Shown here: piece after piece, positions 7,933 through 16,612 of the stretch
How the letters are laid out: each line of letters opens with the position of its first letter
Numbering within the stretch: the stretch's first letter is position 1
IMG/VR virus record: IMGVR_UViG_3300045838_000034
Location: 1 to 27,215 of that record
Reading direction: 5' to 3' (one strand)
DNA length: 27,215 nucleotides
DNA from: a virus
Taxonomy: Duplodnaviria > Caudoviricetes
The notes under the pieces: generated by a model
The model's database searches: none
Told to the model about the DNA's origin: nothing
What the model saw: the letters and a program-made list of their open reading frames with translations, nothing else
Made by a program: the position numbers and the translations under genes

Positions 7933-8103
7933 TCAGGCGTCCTCGTCCAGGTCTAGGTCCTGGTCCTCGTCGCCCGACGGCGCAGGGGGCAACGGGGCAT
8001 CCGGCGCTGGGGCCGGTGGCGGGACGGGGTCATCCTGTGGGGGCCAGCCGCGCTGGTCTTGCTCGTCAGCGGGATCGATCAGCAGGAGCGCACTCATGCT
8101 CAT
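7933..8103 (-). CDS. Small Pro/Asp-rich hypothetical protein (56 aa)
   Basis: ATGA overlap with the 8100 stop; MSMSALLLIDPADEQDQRGWPPQDDPVPPPAPAP...DEDA. Not in the ORF track. Confidence 0.5.
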   Translation of the reverse strand: MSMSALLLIDPADEQDQRGWPPQDDPVPPPAPAPDAPLPPAPSGDEDQDLDLDEDA

Positions 8104-8624
8104 GCACGACCCCCTGCTCCCTGTCCCCCAGAGACGCCCCCTGCGGCGGGCGCGCCGCTCGTTGCGGCCTGGTACGCCTCGGGCGGGTTCTCAGGCACGT
8201 CCGTCTGCGGGGTCCCGACGAGGGAGCCGCGCTGGTTCATGCCCCTGAACTCTTTCTCAGCCAGCTCCTTGCCGCGCTCATTCCACCACTGCGCCTCGCC
8301 ATTCTCCAGTTGCTCCAGGCCCTCCTGCGCGACCTTTGAGGCCGGGGCGCCGCCGATAGAGGCGATGTGCAGCTCGCCGAGCACGCGCCGAGCCAGCTCC
8401 AGGCCGTAGTGGTTGACGTCGGCCGCCAGGCGGGCCTTGAACTGATCCAGGTTGACCGTGGGCGGCTCGGGCAGGTGCTCCTGCTCGTCATCCGCGCGGC
8501 TGTCGGGCCCAGCTACCGACTGTATCGCCTCGCTGGCCGGCTGGTCCGCGCTCTTGCCGCCACGGCCGGACTTGCCGGTCCCCTTGTCCTGCTGCTCTGT
8601 CTGTGTGGAAGGGTTGTCGGACAT
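8100..8624 (-). CDS. Acidic hypothetical protein (174 aa)
   Basis: AAGGAG RBS before ATG 8624 (MSDNPSTQ...); the upstream part of track ORF 8100..9086 merely overlaps the connector gene. Confidence 0.7.
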   Translation of the reverse strand: MSDNPSTQTEQQDKGTGKSGRGGKSADQPASEAIQSVAGPDSRADDEQEHLPEPPTVNLDQFKARLAADVNHYGLELARRVLGELHIASIGGAPASKVAQEGLEQLENGEAQWWNERGKELAEKEFRGMNQRGSLVGTPQTDVPENPPEAYQAATSGAPAAGGVSGGQGAGGRA

Positions 8625-8649
8625 GATGCACTCTCCTTCGACGTCGACG

Positions 8650-9450
8650 TCACACGAACTGCGGTGCAGGCGCCTTCTTGTAGCGCCCCAAGATGCTCGC
8701 TGCCTGCTGCGCGAGCGCGCTTCCGAAGCCCAGTGCGGCCCCCGCTCCGCTGCTCCCCAGAGAAGACCCCTGCAGGGGCCGGTAGCTCTCGCTGCGCTCG
8801 CCCACGCGCACGCTTTGCAGGATGCCGGCGAAGGGCTGGGCGGCATTCGCGTTCTGCGCGGCCTGGACCGCCAGGGCTTCTTGCGCCAGCAGCGCCGCCG
8901 CATACTGGATGTCTTTGGGCACGGGATCGGCCCCGTAGCTCCCGCCGCCGGGCGCGCTCGGATCGCCGATCGCGCTCCACCCTGCGGCGTAGGAGGCGAT
9001 GTAGCCGATGCCATGCAGGCTCGGTGTCGTGGCGTATTGAAAGCCGACGCCGGCCAGGGCATCCACAAAGCCCGGCGCCAGCGCAAACAGACGCCCGGTG
9101 CTATGCTCGACCACGACCGAGTCCAGCGGGATGTCCGTGGGCGTGGTCAGCGCGAGGGCGTAGGTCAGTTGCAGCGTGGTGAAGATGGCCGTGGCTGCTC
9201 CTGGGACGAGCGGACGGTGGACGAGCTCAATCAGGTAGCGCCCGGCGTACGGTCCAGCACCCAGATACGTCGCCGGCCCCTCTTCGTTGCTGTGGAGGCT
9301 CAAGGAGGGACGATAGCGCAAGTAGCGCTCGATCTGGGCCTCCGTTGCGGCCAGCAGGGGGAGCAGGTAGGCGTCGGGGTATGTGGTGGTGTTCAGGACG
9401 TCCGTGCGGTTGCTCAGGGCGGCCAGTGTCGCACGGTCTAGCAGGCTCAT
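8650..9450 (-). CDS. Head-tail connector (adaptor, HK97 gp6/SPP1 gp15-like)
   Basis: LLAATEAQIERYL, YAAGW...VPKDIQYAAALLA, SVRVGERSESY, ILGRYK motifs; located after capsid genes. Confidence 0.8.
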   Translation of the reverse strand: MSLLDRATLAALSNRTDVLNTTTYPDAYLLPLLAATEAQIERYLRYRPSLSLHSNEEGPATYLGAGPYAGRYLIELVHRPLVPGAATAIFTTLQLTYALALTTPTDIPLDSVVVEHSTGRLFALAPGFVDALAGVGFQYATTPSLHGIGYIASYAAGWSAIGDPSAPGGGSYGADPVPKDIQYAAALLAQEALAVQAAQNANAAQPFAGILQSVRVGERSESYRPLQGSSLGSSGAGAALGFGSALAQQAASILGRYKKAPAPQFV

Positions 9451-9453
9451 GAG

Positions 9454-10815
9454 CTAGCTCGGGGCAACAGGGCGGGCAATGACGGCGAATATGTCCACGT
9501 GGCCCTGTGTGGGGTCCGTGCCGCCGGTCTGCGCAAGTTGAATCTGCACGGGGTCCGTTGACGCAAAGACCCGCGCGCACACGCTCTGCTCGGGCTGACT
9601 GGTCGCGCGATACTGGTCAAAAGCGATCACGTCGGTCGTCTCGTCCAGCGCTGACGATAGTCCCGCAGCCCCGGCCGGGAGCACCAAACGCGCGGCATGC
9701 GTCCCCTCCCACGTTGTGGGCTCGTCCGCGCCATCAGCCCACGTCCGCCAGCTATAGACCGTTCCGCTCGCCGCAAAGCGTGTCCAATAGGCGTGCCCGG
9801 TCGTGCCGCCGGCCCACGTCGTCGTGATCGTTTCCGTGTCAGTTCCATCAAAAATCCCGAGCGTCGCCTGACCGTTAAGAGAGAGGCGCAGATACGCCCA
9901 GCGTTTACCAGGACCGGCGCCCGCTGATGGATCATACCCGGCAGTGCGCATGAGCATGACAGGCCCAATGTCTGTATTTCCATTTCCTGATGTCAGCGTC
10001 CAGCGCACGAGCGCCGTCACATCAGCGCACGTGAACGGTGCGCCCAGGAAGAGTGCGTCTGTTTGCCCATACGGCGCAGCCCCCGTCTGCGTCCCCTTGT
10101 CTGAGCTGAGCGCGTCGGTGTTAAAACCACCGACAGCAGTCCAGGGACGACCATCCGCTGCGCTGCCCCAAGTCCCCGCATCTGCGCGCACAAACGTGTC
10201 CTGACGTAGTTCTGGTCCGACCACGCTGCGGCCACAGACGAGCAGTCCATGGTCGAAGGGGATGCAGGAGAGCGGATCAGCAAACAAATGCACCAACACA
10301 TCCCCCGCCTGCGGGGTCCACAGTGTCACCGTGTGGCCCTCCATGGGCGCGGGGCCAAAGTCGGTGTAGTCCACGACGTAGGGGCCGTAGAGCGTGGGAG
10401 CGCCCGCCGGAGCCGGCACGGCGCGCTGCTGCACCGGCAGGCTGCGCCAGCCGCTCTGCTGCACCGTCGCGGCCGTGATGTGCCCACTAGAGACCGTGAT
10501 GGCCGCCACATCCAGGGCCGTCGCCGTGGGAGCCGAGGCGACCACGGACCAGACCGGCTGGTAATTGCCGCCCACCTCCTGGTAGTCCAGCCACAGCGTG
10601 TAACTGCCATTGGTGGACAGCCCGCTCAGGTGCGTGCTGGCCAGCTCGTCGGCCAGCACCGTGCCATCGGGCAGGACGGCCCACGCAGGCGGGGTGATGG
10701 TGACGTCGAGCTGGGTCAGCAGCCCGCCGTGCGCGGCGCACGTGATGCCGCTGTGGCCCTTGACGCCCAGCGCCGCCAGCATGGCCCCGGCGCTCTTGCT
10801 CTGGAAGGAAGTCAT
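9454..10815 (-). CDS. Putative head decoration/fiber protein with inserted beta-sandwich domain
   Basis: 453 aa, Thr/Gly/Trp-rich, between capsid and connector; internal segment DTFVRADAGTWGSAADGRPW...FDQY has visibly lower GC. Confidence 0.55.
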   Translation of the reverse strand: MTSFQSKSAGAMLAALGVKGHSGITCAAHGGLLTQLDVTITPPAWAVLPDGTVLADELASTHLSGLSTNGSYTLWLDYQEVGGNYQPVWSVVASAPTATALDVAAITVSSGHITAATVQQSGWRSLPVQQRAVPAPAGAPTLYGPYVVDYTDFGPAPMEGHTVTLWTPQAGDVLVHLFADPLSCIPFDHGLLVCGRSVVGPELRQDTFVRADAGTWGSAADGRPWTAVGGFNTDALSSDKGTQTGAAPYGQTDALFLGAPFTCADVTALVRWTLTSGNGNTDIGPVMLMRTAGYDPSAGAGPGKRWAYLRLSLNGQATLGIFDGTDTETITTTWAGGTTGHAYWTRFAASGTVYSWRTWADGADEPTTWEGTHAARLVLPAGAAGLSSALDETTDVIAFDQYRATSQPEQSVCARVFASTDPVQIQLAQTGGTDPTQGHVDIFAVIARPVAPS

Positions 10816-10818
10816 CGG

Positions 10819-11094
10819 CTATCCCTTTCGCCGTGGCGCGCGCGGCACCGTGCCCGACAACGACGACGAGGTGGCCGGGGTGCTGGTGGTCTGCGTCCAC
10901 CCGGGCTCATCCTGTGCTCTGGGCTCTGGGTCCGCGCCTCCCGCCTCATCCAGGGGCTCCATCACGCCCAGCTCAGCAAGCCGCCGCGCGGCCGGCTCTT
11001 CGATGGCGAAGGGCCGGCCAGAGGGCAACTCCGTGTCCAGGATGACACCGGGCGCGTAGATCCCGTGCGGGGTGATGAGCCGATAGCGGGTCAT
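10819..11094 (-). CDS. Small post-capsid hypothetical protein
   Basis: GAGGA RBS; YAPG...ARRLAELGVMEP and basic C-terminus typical of the small gene following major capsid genes. Confidence 0.7.
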   Translation of the reverse strand: MTRYRLITPHGIYAPGVILDTELPSGRPFAIEEPAARRLAELGVMEPLDEAGGADPEPRAQDEPGWTQTTSTPATSSSLSGTVPRAPRRKG

Positions 11095-11123
11095 GCCGCG
11101 TCCTCACTCTCTGCCACGATGCC

Positions 11124-12683
11124 CTAGTAGAGCAGTCCGCGGCGCCTGACGATGGCCTCAGGATGCAAAGGCGCGATATCGTGCCTTGCAATTGCGCGGA
11201 AAAGCGTCAAATCGTCCTGGTACGCCGAGTGGGTGTTGCTCGATCCATCGACGTAGGAGCCTTCGTTGCTGGTGCGCAGCTCGAGCTCGGCCATCTGGCC
11301 GATGACGATGTAGCCCATGTCGACGAGGGCGAGATCCGCGGTAGCGCCCGTCCCGGTCGTGCCCAGCGGCATCTGCGTGCTCATCAGGAAGGGATAGCCG
11401 AAGAGGGTGGGCACGCGCTGCAAGAGGCTGCCCAGCTGGATCTGCTGGTAGTCTTGAAACAACGGTCTGCCTTGAGAGTCCGTCACGTTGCTGACGGCTT
11501 CCCTGATGCGCGGGTTGGCCAGCCAGACGCGGTTGATCTCGGGCACGTTGGCCGCATCAAGCGCGCCGATCATGCGTGTCAGCGTGGTGTAGGCGATGGC
11601 ATCGCCGTTCGTGCCGGTCGCGTTGATGGTGGTGATGCCGGAGGCCGTCAGGATGCCGGCCGGCACGGTGCTACTGCCGGTGCCCAGCAGGAAGGTGTAG
11701 TCCTCCTTGAGGCCGATGGCGCGGGCCATGTCGCGCACCACGATCTGCTCGACCGCGGGATCGCTGTCGTTGACCAGCTCGTTGGAGATCGGCACCAGCG
11801 CCGTGAGCTTCTTGGCCGAGAGGCTGAACTGGTCGAAGGTCGGCTGGCTACTGGGGATCGGGACGGTCTCACCCACGTAGCTCGCGCTGGCGCTGGCCGT
11901 CAGCCGCGGCTGGCGGTAGACGGGGCTGTTCATGGTCTGGACCGTGGCGCCGGCCCGGCGCACCACGACCTGCGGGTACAGGCGCTCGATGATCTGCGTA
12001 CTGAACTCGACGGGCACGAGCCAGCCGCCGCTGGGGCCGCCCGTGCTGTCGATGGCCGCCCCACCCTCGATCAGGGCCTTGCGCCCGGTCTGCATGCCGT
12101 AGTAGCTCTGGATGTCCCGGATGGTGCCGTCGTCCTTCCGCCCCGCCGCCAGCAGGAAGGCCAGGAAGGTCGGCTTCTCGCCCATCTTGTGCGCCGCCAG
12201 GTACGCCGGACCGCCCTTGCGGCCCCATTCTGTCGCCTGACGCCCGTCGCCTGTCGCCTGATCGTCCGGGACGAACTTGCGCCCCAGGCGGGCCTGGGAG
12301 GCCTGCGTGAGAGCGCCGGCCATGAGCGACTGCACGTCGAGGGCGGGGTTCTGGCCGCCGAAGGCCCTCTTCAGCTCCTCGGAGATCATGCTCTGGAGGC
12401 GCTCCTGCTCCTGGGCCTGGGTGGCCTTGACGCCGCTGGCGACCTGGGCCACGAGGCCCTGCACGCTCTCGCGCGTCTCGCGCTCACGCTTCTCGCGGCG
12501 CAGGGCGTCGAGCTCCTCGCGCTCGGAGGCATACTGCTGCTGCTGCTGGTCGCGCAGCGCCTCAAGCGCGGCGGTCTTCTGGCCGATCTGTGTTTCGAGG
12601 TCGGCACGCTGCTGCTGATCCGCTTTGTCTAGCTGGGCGCGGGCCTCAGCGATGGCGTTTTCCAACTCCTGGATCTGGTCCAA
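11124..12683 (-). CDS. Major capsid protein, HK97 fold, with N-terminal coiled-coil scaffold domain
   Basis: GGWLVPVEFSTQII, YVGE, KKLTALVPISNELVNDS, FLLGTG, WLANP, DSQGRPL, TLFGYP, FRAIARHD motifs. Confidence 0.95.
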   Translation of the reverse strand: MDQIQELENAIAEARAQLDKADQQQRADLETQIGQKTAALEALRDQQQQQYASEREELDALRREKRERETRESVQGLVAQVASGVKATQAQEQERLQSMISEELKRAFGGQNPALDVQSLMAGALTQASQARLGRKFVPDDQATGDGRQATEWGRKGGPAYLAAHKMGEKPTFLAFLLAAGRKDDGTIRDIQSYYGMQTGRKALIEGGAAIDSTGGPSGGWLVPVEFSTQIIERLYPQVVVRRAGATVQTMNSPVYRQPRLTASASASYVGETVPIPSSQPTFDQFSLSAKKLTALVPISNELVNDSDPAVEQIVVRDMARAIGLKEDYTFLLGTGSSTVPAGILTASGITTINATGTNGDAIAYTTLTRMIGALDAANVPEINRVWLANPRIREAVSNVTDSQGRPLFQDYQQIQLGSLLQRVPTLFGYPFLMSTQMPLGTTGTGATADLALVDMGYIVIGQMAELELRTSNEGSYVDGSSNTHSAYQDDLTLFRAIARHDIAPLHPEAIVRRRGLLY

Positions 12684-12729
12684 CGCGGTATCCTACTCTT
12701 GCTGGTTTCGGCCAGCATCCGTCACTCGG

Positions 12730-12789
12730 GCGTCAGGCGTCGGGCGTCGGGCGTCAGAAGCTCTGCTGACGCCTGTCGCCGCTCGCCTG
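12730..12789. repeat. Inverted array of 7-bp repeats forming a long hairpin upstream of the capsid gene
   Basis: gcgtcag gcgtcgg gcgtcgg gcgtcag - aagctctg - ctgacgc ctgtcgc cgctcgc ctg. Confidence 0.75.
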
Positions 12790-12870
12790 GTCATGGCCCG
12801 CAGTCGGTTCGTCCGCCAAGATGTGACCGGCTGCGGGGCTGTGTTGTGTCTAGCGCGAGAAGGCGAGGGG

Positions 12871-13149
12871 ATGCGCGACGAACGGATCGCGAACGTCTAC
12901 GTGATGGGCAACGGCCACGTCTGCGTCGTCGACGTCCAGGGACAGCAGATGCCTGAGTACCAAGGCCGGCTAGAGGACGTGCAGGTGCGCCTGGAGGCGG
13001 CCTACCCGCGCCGGCTCTGGCACGCGTGGAGCGGGCCGGGCCTGTGCCAGTGCGGCCGGCGCCTATTCGAGCACACCGAGGGAGTCAAGCTGGCGCTAGC
13101 CGAGGCCACAGGGGTGGGCCTCAACCCGCCAATGGACACGGCGCGCTAG
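12871..13149 (+). CDS. Hypothetical protein (92 aa), antisense between protease and capsid genes
   Basis: GAGGGG before ATG 12871; NVYVMGNGHVCVVDVQGQQMPEYQG; fills the gap and ends tail-to-tail with the protease gene. Confidence 0.7.
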   Translation: MRDERIANVYVMGNGHVCVVDVQGQQMPEYQGRLEDVQVRLEAAYPRRLWHAWSGPGLCQCGRRLFEHTEGVKLALAEATGVGLNPPMDTAR

Positions 13150-13150
13150 G

Positions 13151-14395
13151 CTAGAGCACCAGCGGCGCGCTCTCGTCCTGCTCGTCCTCGTCCTCGCCTT
13201 GGTCGTCAAGGCCGAAGTGGCCACGCAGCTGGTCGACGTGCCCCTGGAGGCCATCGGCAATCGTGCGCACCGCAGCCACGGTCGCCGCAGAGTGCGTGCG
13301 CCCCGCCTTGGTCTGGCGGGTGAACTCACGCAGCACGGCCACGGCGTGGCCCCGCGTCACGTCAGCTTTCTTGCCGCTGCCGCTGCTGCTCTCCTCATCA
13401 GCCGGCCAGTCCCAGCCCTGGCTTTTATAAATAGCACGCAGCTTTTTCAGCGCCGCCTGCTTGTCCGGGCCGGAGTAGGGATTGCCGCGGAAGTTCGAGG
13501 TGAGCGCGGCGTAGGCTTGCGCGCATAGCGTGCGGTCATAATCGCCAGAGGCGTTCTTGACCTGGAGGTGAAACGTGCTCGCCTTGTCCGGGTCCTCCAC
13601 CACCAGGTAGTGAGAGGGCGGGTGCATGGCGCCATCGGGCTCTTTCTTCTGAGCCGCTTTGGTGCCCCTGTCCGCCTCAAAGACTGCCGCCGGCGTCGTC
13701 CCACTGCCGAAGGACAGCGTCCAGCCACCCGCTGCGGCCCCCACAGGCGCGCTGACGGTCACATGCTCGGGCGGGAGTGCCAGATGCATGCTGGTCCCAG
13801 GCGACACGCTGTGTGTCTGTGAGCCGTTCACAGAGCCTCCTTTGTCAGATGAGTCGTCGTCGAGGATGGCCGGCACGCTCCCGTAGGCGTCGGCGAGGGC
13901 CTTGGCGCCCACCGCGAACGTCGCCGAGGGCAGGCAGGGCTTGCTGACCACGCTGAGCTCGAGCATGCTCCAGCGCTTGATGGCCCCGGCCGCATCGCGC
14001 GTGTAGGTGCCGCCCACGCTGAAGCCGCGCAGGACGCCCCGCTTGAGCGCTGAGTAGACCTCAGAGAACGTGGAGCGCGCCCGCTCGTCCGTCCAGGCCG
14101 GCTGCTGGGGCACGAAGACCGAGACGTGCAAGCCCTGGTCGTCGATCTTGTGGTCAATGGCCTTGCCGATGCGCCGCGTGCCCAGCTCGGAGAGTCCATG
14201 CTCGAAGAGGACGATGGGCTCGGCACCCCAGCAGTCCGCAAGGTCGGCCAGCGCGCCCCGTGTCATGTGCTCGCCGGACTGGTCCACCTCGCCGAAGCGC
14301 GTGGCGTAGCCCTGGAGCAAGAGGCCTCTTTGCCCGTCGTGGACGGTCTCCTGCACGGCCTTGATGCCGAACGAAAGGGCAAACGGTTCAGACAT
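13151..14395 (-). CDS. Prohead (HK97-type) protease with C-terminal extra domain
   Basis: GYATRFGEVD, VLFEHG, IDDQGL, GFSVGG, ELSVVSKPC catalytic motifs; extra domain YLVVEDPDKASTFHL...FRGNPY...KLRAIY. Confidence 0.9.
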   Translation of the reverse strand: MSEPFALSFGIKAVQETVHDGQRGLLLQGYATRFGEVDQSGEHMTRGALADLADCWGAEPIVLFEHGLSELGTRRIGKAIDHKIDDQGLHVSVFVPQQPAWTDERARSTFSEVYSALKRGVLRGFSVGGTYTRDAAGAIKRWSMLELSVVSKPCLPSATFAVGAKALADAYGSVPAILDDDSSDKGGSVNGSQTHSVSPGTSMHLALPPEHVTVSAPVGAAAGGWTLSFGSGTTPAAVFEADRGTKAAQKKEPDGAMHPPSHYLVVEDPDKASTFHLQVKNASGDYDRTLCAQAYAALTSNFRGNPYSGPDKQAALKKLRAIYKSQGWDWPADEESSSGSGKKADVTRGHAVAVLREFTRQTKAGRTHSAATVAAVRTIADGLQGHVDQLRGHFGLDDQGEDEDEQDESAPLVL

Positions 14396-14397
14396 GC

Positions 14398-16440
14398 TCA
14401 GACTCCCGCCTCCTGGTTGGCCGCGGCGAAGAGCGGCCCCGTCTGCTGCTCCTGCTCATAGGCCACGCGCCGGCGTGCGATCTCGACGTAGCTCTCTTGG
14501 GCATCGATGCCAATGAAGTGCATCTGCTCACGCACGCACGCGACGAGGGTGCTGCCAGAGCCGCAAAATGGATCAAGAATAGTGCCGCCAGGCGCACAAA
14601 CGAGACGGGCAAGCCAGCACATGAGGGTGAGTGGCTTCACGCACGGATGGCTATTTTGCCGCGGTGGCGACGGGTTGCGCGGATAGCCGCCATCGGGATG
14701 TCGTGCATCCTCGATCCACTCAGAGGCGATGAGGTTGCGCGTTGTCTGGTCCGGGCAGGGCATCCCGTCCAGGCCCCTGTTGCGCTCAGCCCTGCTCGCC
14801 TTGGGGCAGTACATCCAGGGCACGGCGTCCTCAGGGTCTGGGGCGAAGGTGGGAAAGTAGCGGCTTGGCCCGCCCTCATCCCCATAACCACCCGCAGACG
14901 CTGAGACTTGCTGCCGCCCGGCCGTATACATCCCCTGCCCGCCCCACGTGGCTGTGCGTCGGATCATAGCCGTGCCGCCCGTGCTCGTGCGCGGTCCCGC
15001 TTGCTCATCCAACAGACGAATTGGGCAGGAGGGGTCACAGGAGTAGGCTGGCACCTCTTCGTAGCCATCGGCGTCGGCGAGTTGGATGCTGCGCTCGCCA
15101 TTGCGGCCGGCACTCTGGCCGAAGGTGCGATCATCTTTGCCGTTGGGGAACACAGGTTGAGGGACGGGCTTGCTGCCCCGCACCCGGCGCGTGCCCTGCG
15201 GCACACAGCGCTCTGTGTGGCTCAGCAGCGTGTTTGGGGGCCATCTGCCCGCCCCTGAGCCGCTGACCGTCGCCCCCTCTGTCAGGCGTTCCTTCCAGGG
15301 CCGTTCTTCCGCGGCAAAGCTACTGGTAGCAGAGACAGTGCGCGTCCAGGCCCCTTCGCCCGTGGGCACCCGGCACGCATCAATCTGCAAGGGCTGCAAG
15401 GGGCCGGGGGCTTTGGCCAGCCACCATATTTCGTGGGCGGGACCGTCAGATGAAACGCCCTCCCGTCCGTTCGCGGCCCTCTGCGACGTGCTGTCCGTTG
15501 CGCCGAGCGAACCCGCTTGCGCGATAGCACTCCTTGGAGCAGAAAGTGTTTGGATGGCGCTCCACTTCAACGATGCGGCGATCAACAGGCTGTCCACAGC
15601 ACAGACAAGCGACCGTTGTCCATCGTGCCCTGACACGGCCTGGATGATGCTGTCTGGTGTGATTTGCGATAGCGAGGAGTTCAAGGTTTTCAAGTCTGTT
15701 ATCAGACTTGATGCCATTTCGATGGTGGACGTGCTCATTGCTTCGCAAAGGCCGTCCCAGGTGCTCCTCCATGACGACACGATGTTCAAGCTTGTACGTT
15801 CGGCGGTCGGTTGCGATTGCAACGTATCCGCTTGCAAGTTGGTAACGCTTTGCCACAGCCCCTCCTCAAGCTCGCCAATCCTCATACTTATTATAGCATG
15901 GAGGTCTGGCATACTCAAGGGATTCTGTGCGCACCACCACGTTTCATGTGCGGGCTTAAGACAAGACTTACTTTTCGGAAATCCCGATCCGAAGAGGTGG
16001 AGGTAGCGAGAAGAGCCTTTGAGGTGGCTAATCTCGTCCCTAATCTCCCAGCCGGCCTCTTCCAGTGCCAGCGCTGTCCAATGGCTGGTGCGCGGGAGAG
16101 CCCAGACGAGGGCATAGCCGCCCGGCTTGATGACACGGCGGCACTCCGCGAAGATCTCAGCCAGTCCGGCAATGAACGTGTCCCGTGCCCTGCGGCCAGA
16201 GTCGATGTGCATGCCGTTGGCAAAGCCGCGCTCGTGGGCGTGGGCGGTCTGCTGACTGTTGCCGGGCACGCCGCGCAAGGGGCCGCGGTCACGCAATGGG
16301 AAGGCTTGGGGCCGGTCCCAGTCTTTCCCCATGAAGGCGATGCCGGCCGGCGGATCTGTGAGCAGAGCGTCACAGGAGGCCGTGGGAATGTCCTTGAGCA
16401 CGAGCGCGGCATCACCGCACAGCACCACGTCACGCTCCAC
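14398..16440 (-). CDS. Beta-class DNA methyltransferase B (DPPA motif IV) with 171-codon in-frame insertion
   Basis: [55 protein letters not shown] motifs; GAGGTG RBS. Confidence 0.9.
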   Translation of the reverse strand: MERDVVLCGDAALVLKDIPTASCDALLTDPPAGIAFMGKDWDRPQAFPLRDRGPLRGVPGNSQQTAHAHERGFANGMHIDSGRRARDTFIAGLAEIFAECRRVIKPGGYALVWALPRTSHWTALALEEAGWEIRDEISHLKGSSRYLHLFGSGFPKSKSCLKPAHETWWCAQNPLSMPDLHAIISMRIGELEEGLWQSVTNLQADTLQSQPTAERTSLNIVSSWRSTWDGLCEAMSTSTIEMASSLITDLKTLNSSLSQITPDSIIQAVSGHDGQRSLVCAVDSLLIAASLKWSAIQTLSAPRSAIAQAGSLGATDSTSQRAANGREGVSSDGPAHEIWWLAKAPGPLQPLQIDACRVPTGEGAWTRTVSATSSFAAEERPWKERLTEGATVSGSGAGRWPPNTLLSHTERCVPQGTRRVRGSKPVPQPVFPNGKDDRTFGQSAGRNGERSIQLADADGYEEVPAYSCDPSCPIRLLDEQAGPRTSTGGTAMIRRTATWGGQGMYTAGRQQVSASAGGYGDEGGPSRYFPTFAPDPEDAVPWMYCPKASRAERNRGLDGMPCPDQTTRNLIASEWIEDARHPDGGYPRNPSPPRQNSHPCVKPLTLMCWLARLVCAPGGTILDPFCGSGSTLVACVREQMHFIGIDAQESYVEIARRRVAYEQEQQTGPLFAAANQEAGV
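15446..15856 (-). CDS. HNH endonuclease (136 aa) nested in an alternative frame inside MTase B
   Basis: GYV...[37 protein letters not shown]...H intact HNH motif plus C-terminal CxCCG...FCSKEC finger; GAGGAGG RBS before GTG. Confidence 0.9.
   Translation of the reverse strand: MAKRYQLASGYVAIATDRRTYKLEHRVVMEEHLGRPLRSNEHVHHRNGIKSDNRLENLELLAIANHTRQHHPGRVRARWTTVACLCCGQPVDRRIVEVERHPNTFCSKECYRASGFARRNGQHVAEGRERTGGRFI
15890..15918 (-). promoter_or_regulatory. Consensus sigma-70-type promoter for the nested HNH gene
   Basis: TTGAGT (15918-15913), 17-nt spacer, TG-C-TATAAT (TATAAT at 15895-15890), 33 nt upstream of the HNH start. Confidence 0.8.
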
Positions 16441-16469
16441 TCGTCGGCCACCTCACCTCGACGCACGAC

Positions 16470-16553
16470 TCAGCGTGACCACGGGCGCAGCATAGCCAGG
16501 ATGACCAGCAGCCAGACCAGCAGGACGAGGCCCCAGGCCCACCACAGGTCCAC
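16470..16553 (-). CDS. Small single-TM peptide (27 aa)
   Basis: GGGAG RBS, GTG start; MDLWWAWGLVLLVWLLVILAMLRPWSR; fills the gap before MTase B. Confidence 0.45.
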   Translation of the reverse strand: MDLWWAWGLVLLVWLLVILAMLRPWSR

Positions 16554-16612
16554 GCCGGACTCCCACCGTCACCGTCACCGTGCCGGCCGCACGGCACGGC
16601 CGTCGCCGTCGC

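Larger units (their letters stand above)
15442..15954 (-). mobile_element. 513-bp in-frame HNH cassette within MTase B bounded by duplicated PAHExWW codons
   Basis: ccc gca cat gaa acg tgg tgg (15954) and ccc gcc cac gaa ata tgg tgg (15441) are 513 nt apart; lower GC inside. Confidence 0.75.

Noticed and set aside
11163-12632. Long plus-strand ORFs (e.g. 280..1428, 8452..9441, 11163..12632, 18384..19427, 19539..20501)
   Set aside because: Antisense shadows of clear minus-strand phage genes, expected at high GC; no motifs or RBS.
15442-15954. Second intein in MTase B
   Set aside because: No block B TxxH, no terminal HN/N followed by C/S/T, and the nuclease is in a different frame from the host protein.
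3790-16440. Restriction-modification systems formed by the MTases and adjacent HNH genes
   Set aside because: The nucleases interrupt the MTase genes and have homing-endonuclease-like architecture rather than being separate partner genes; not formally excluded.
16565-16612. Intrinsic terminator after the collagen-like gene
   Set aside because: An 8-bp inverted repeat (CCGTGCCG/CGGCACGG) is present but there is no U-tract, and such stems are common at this GC content.
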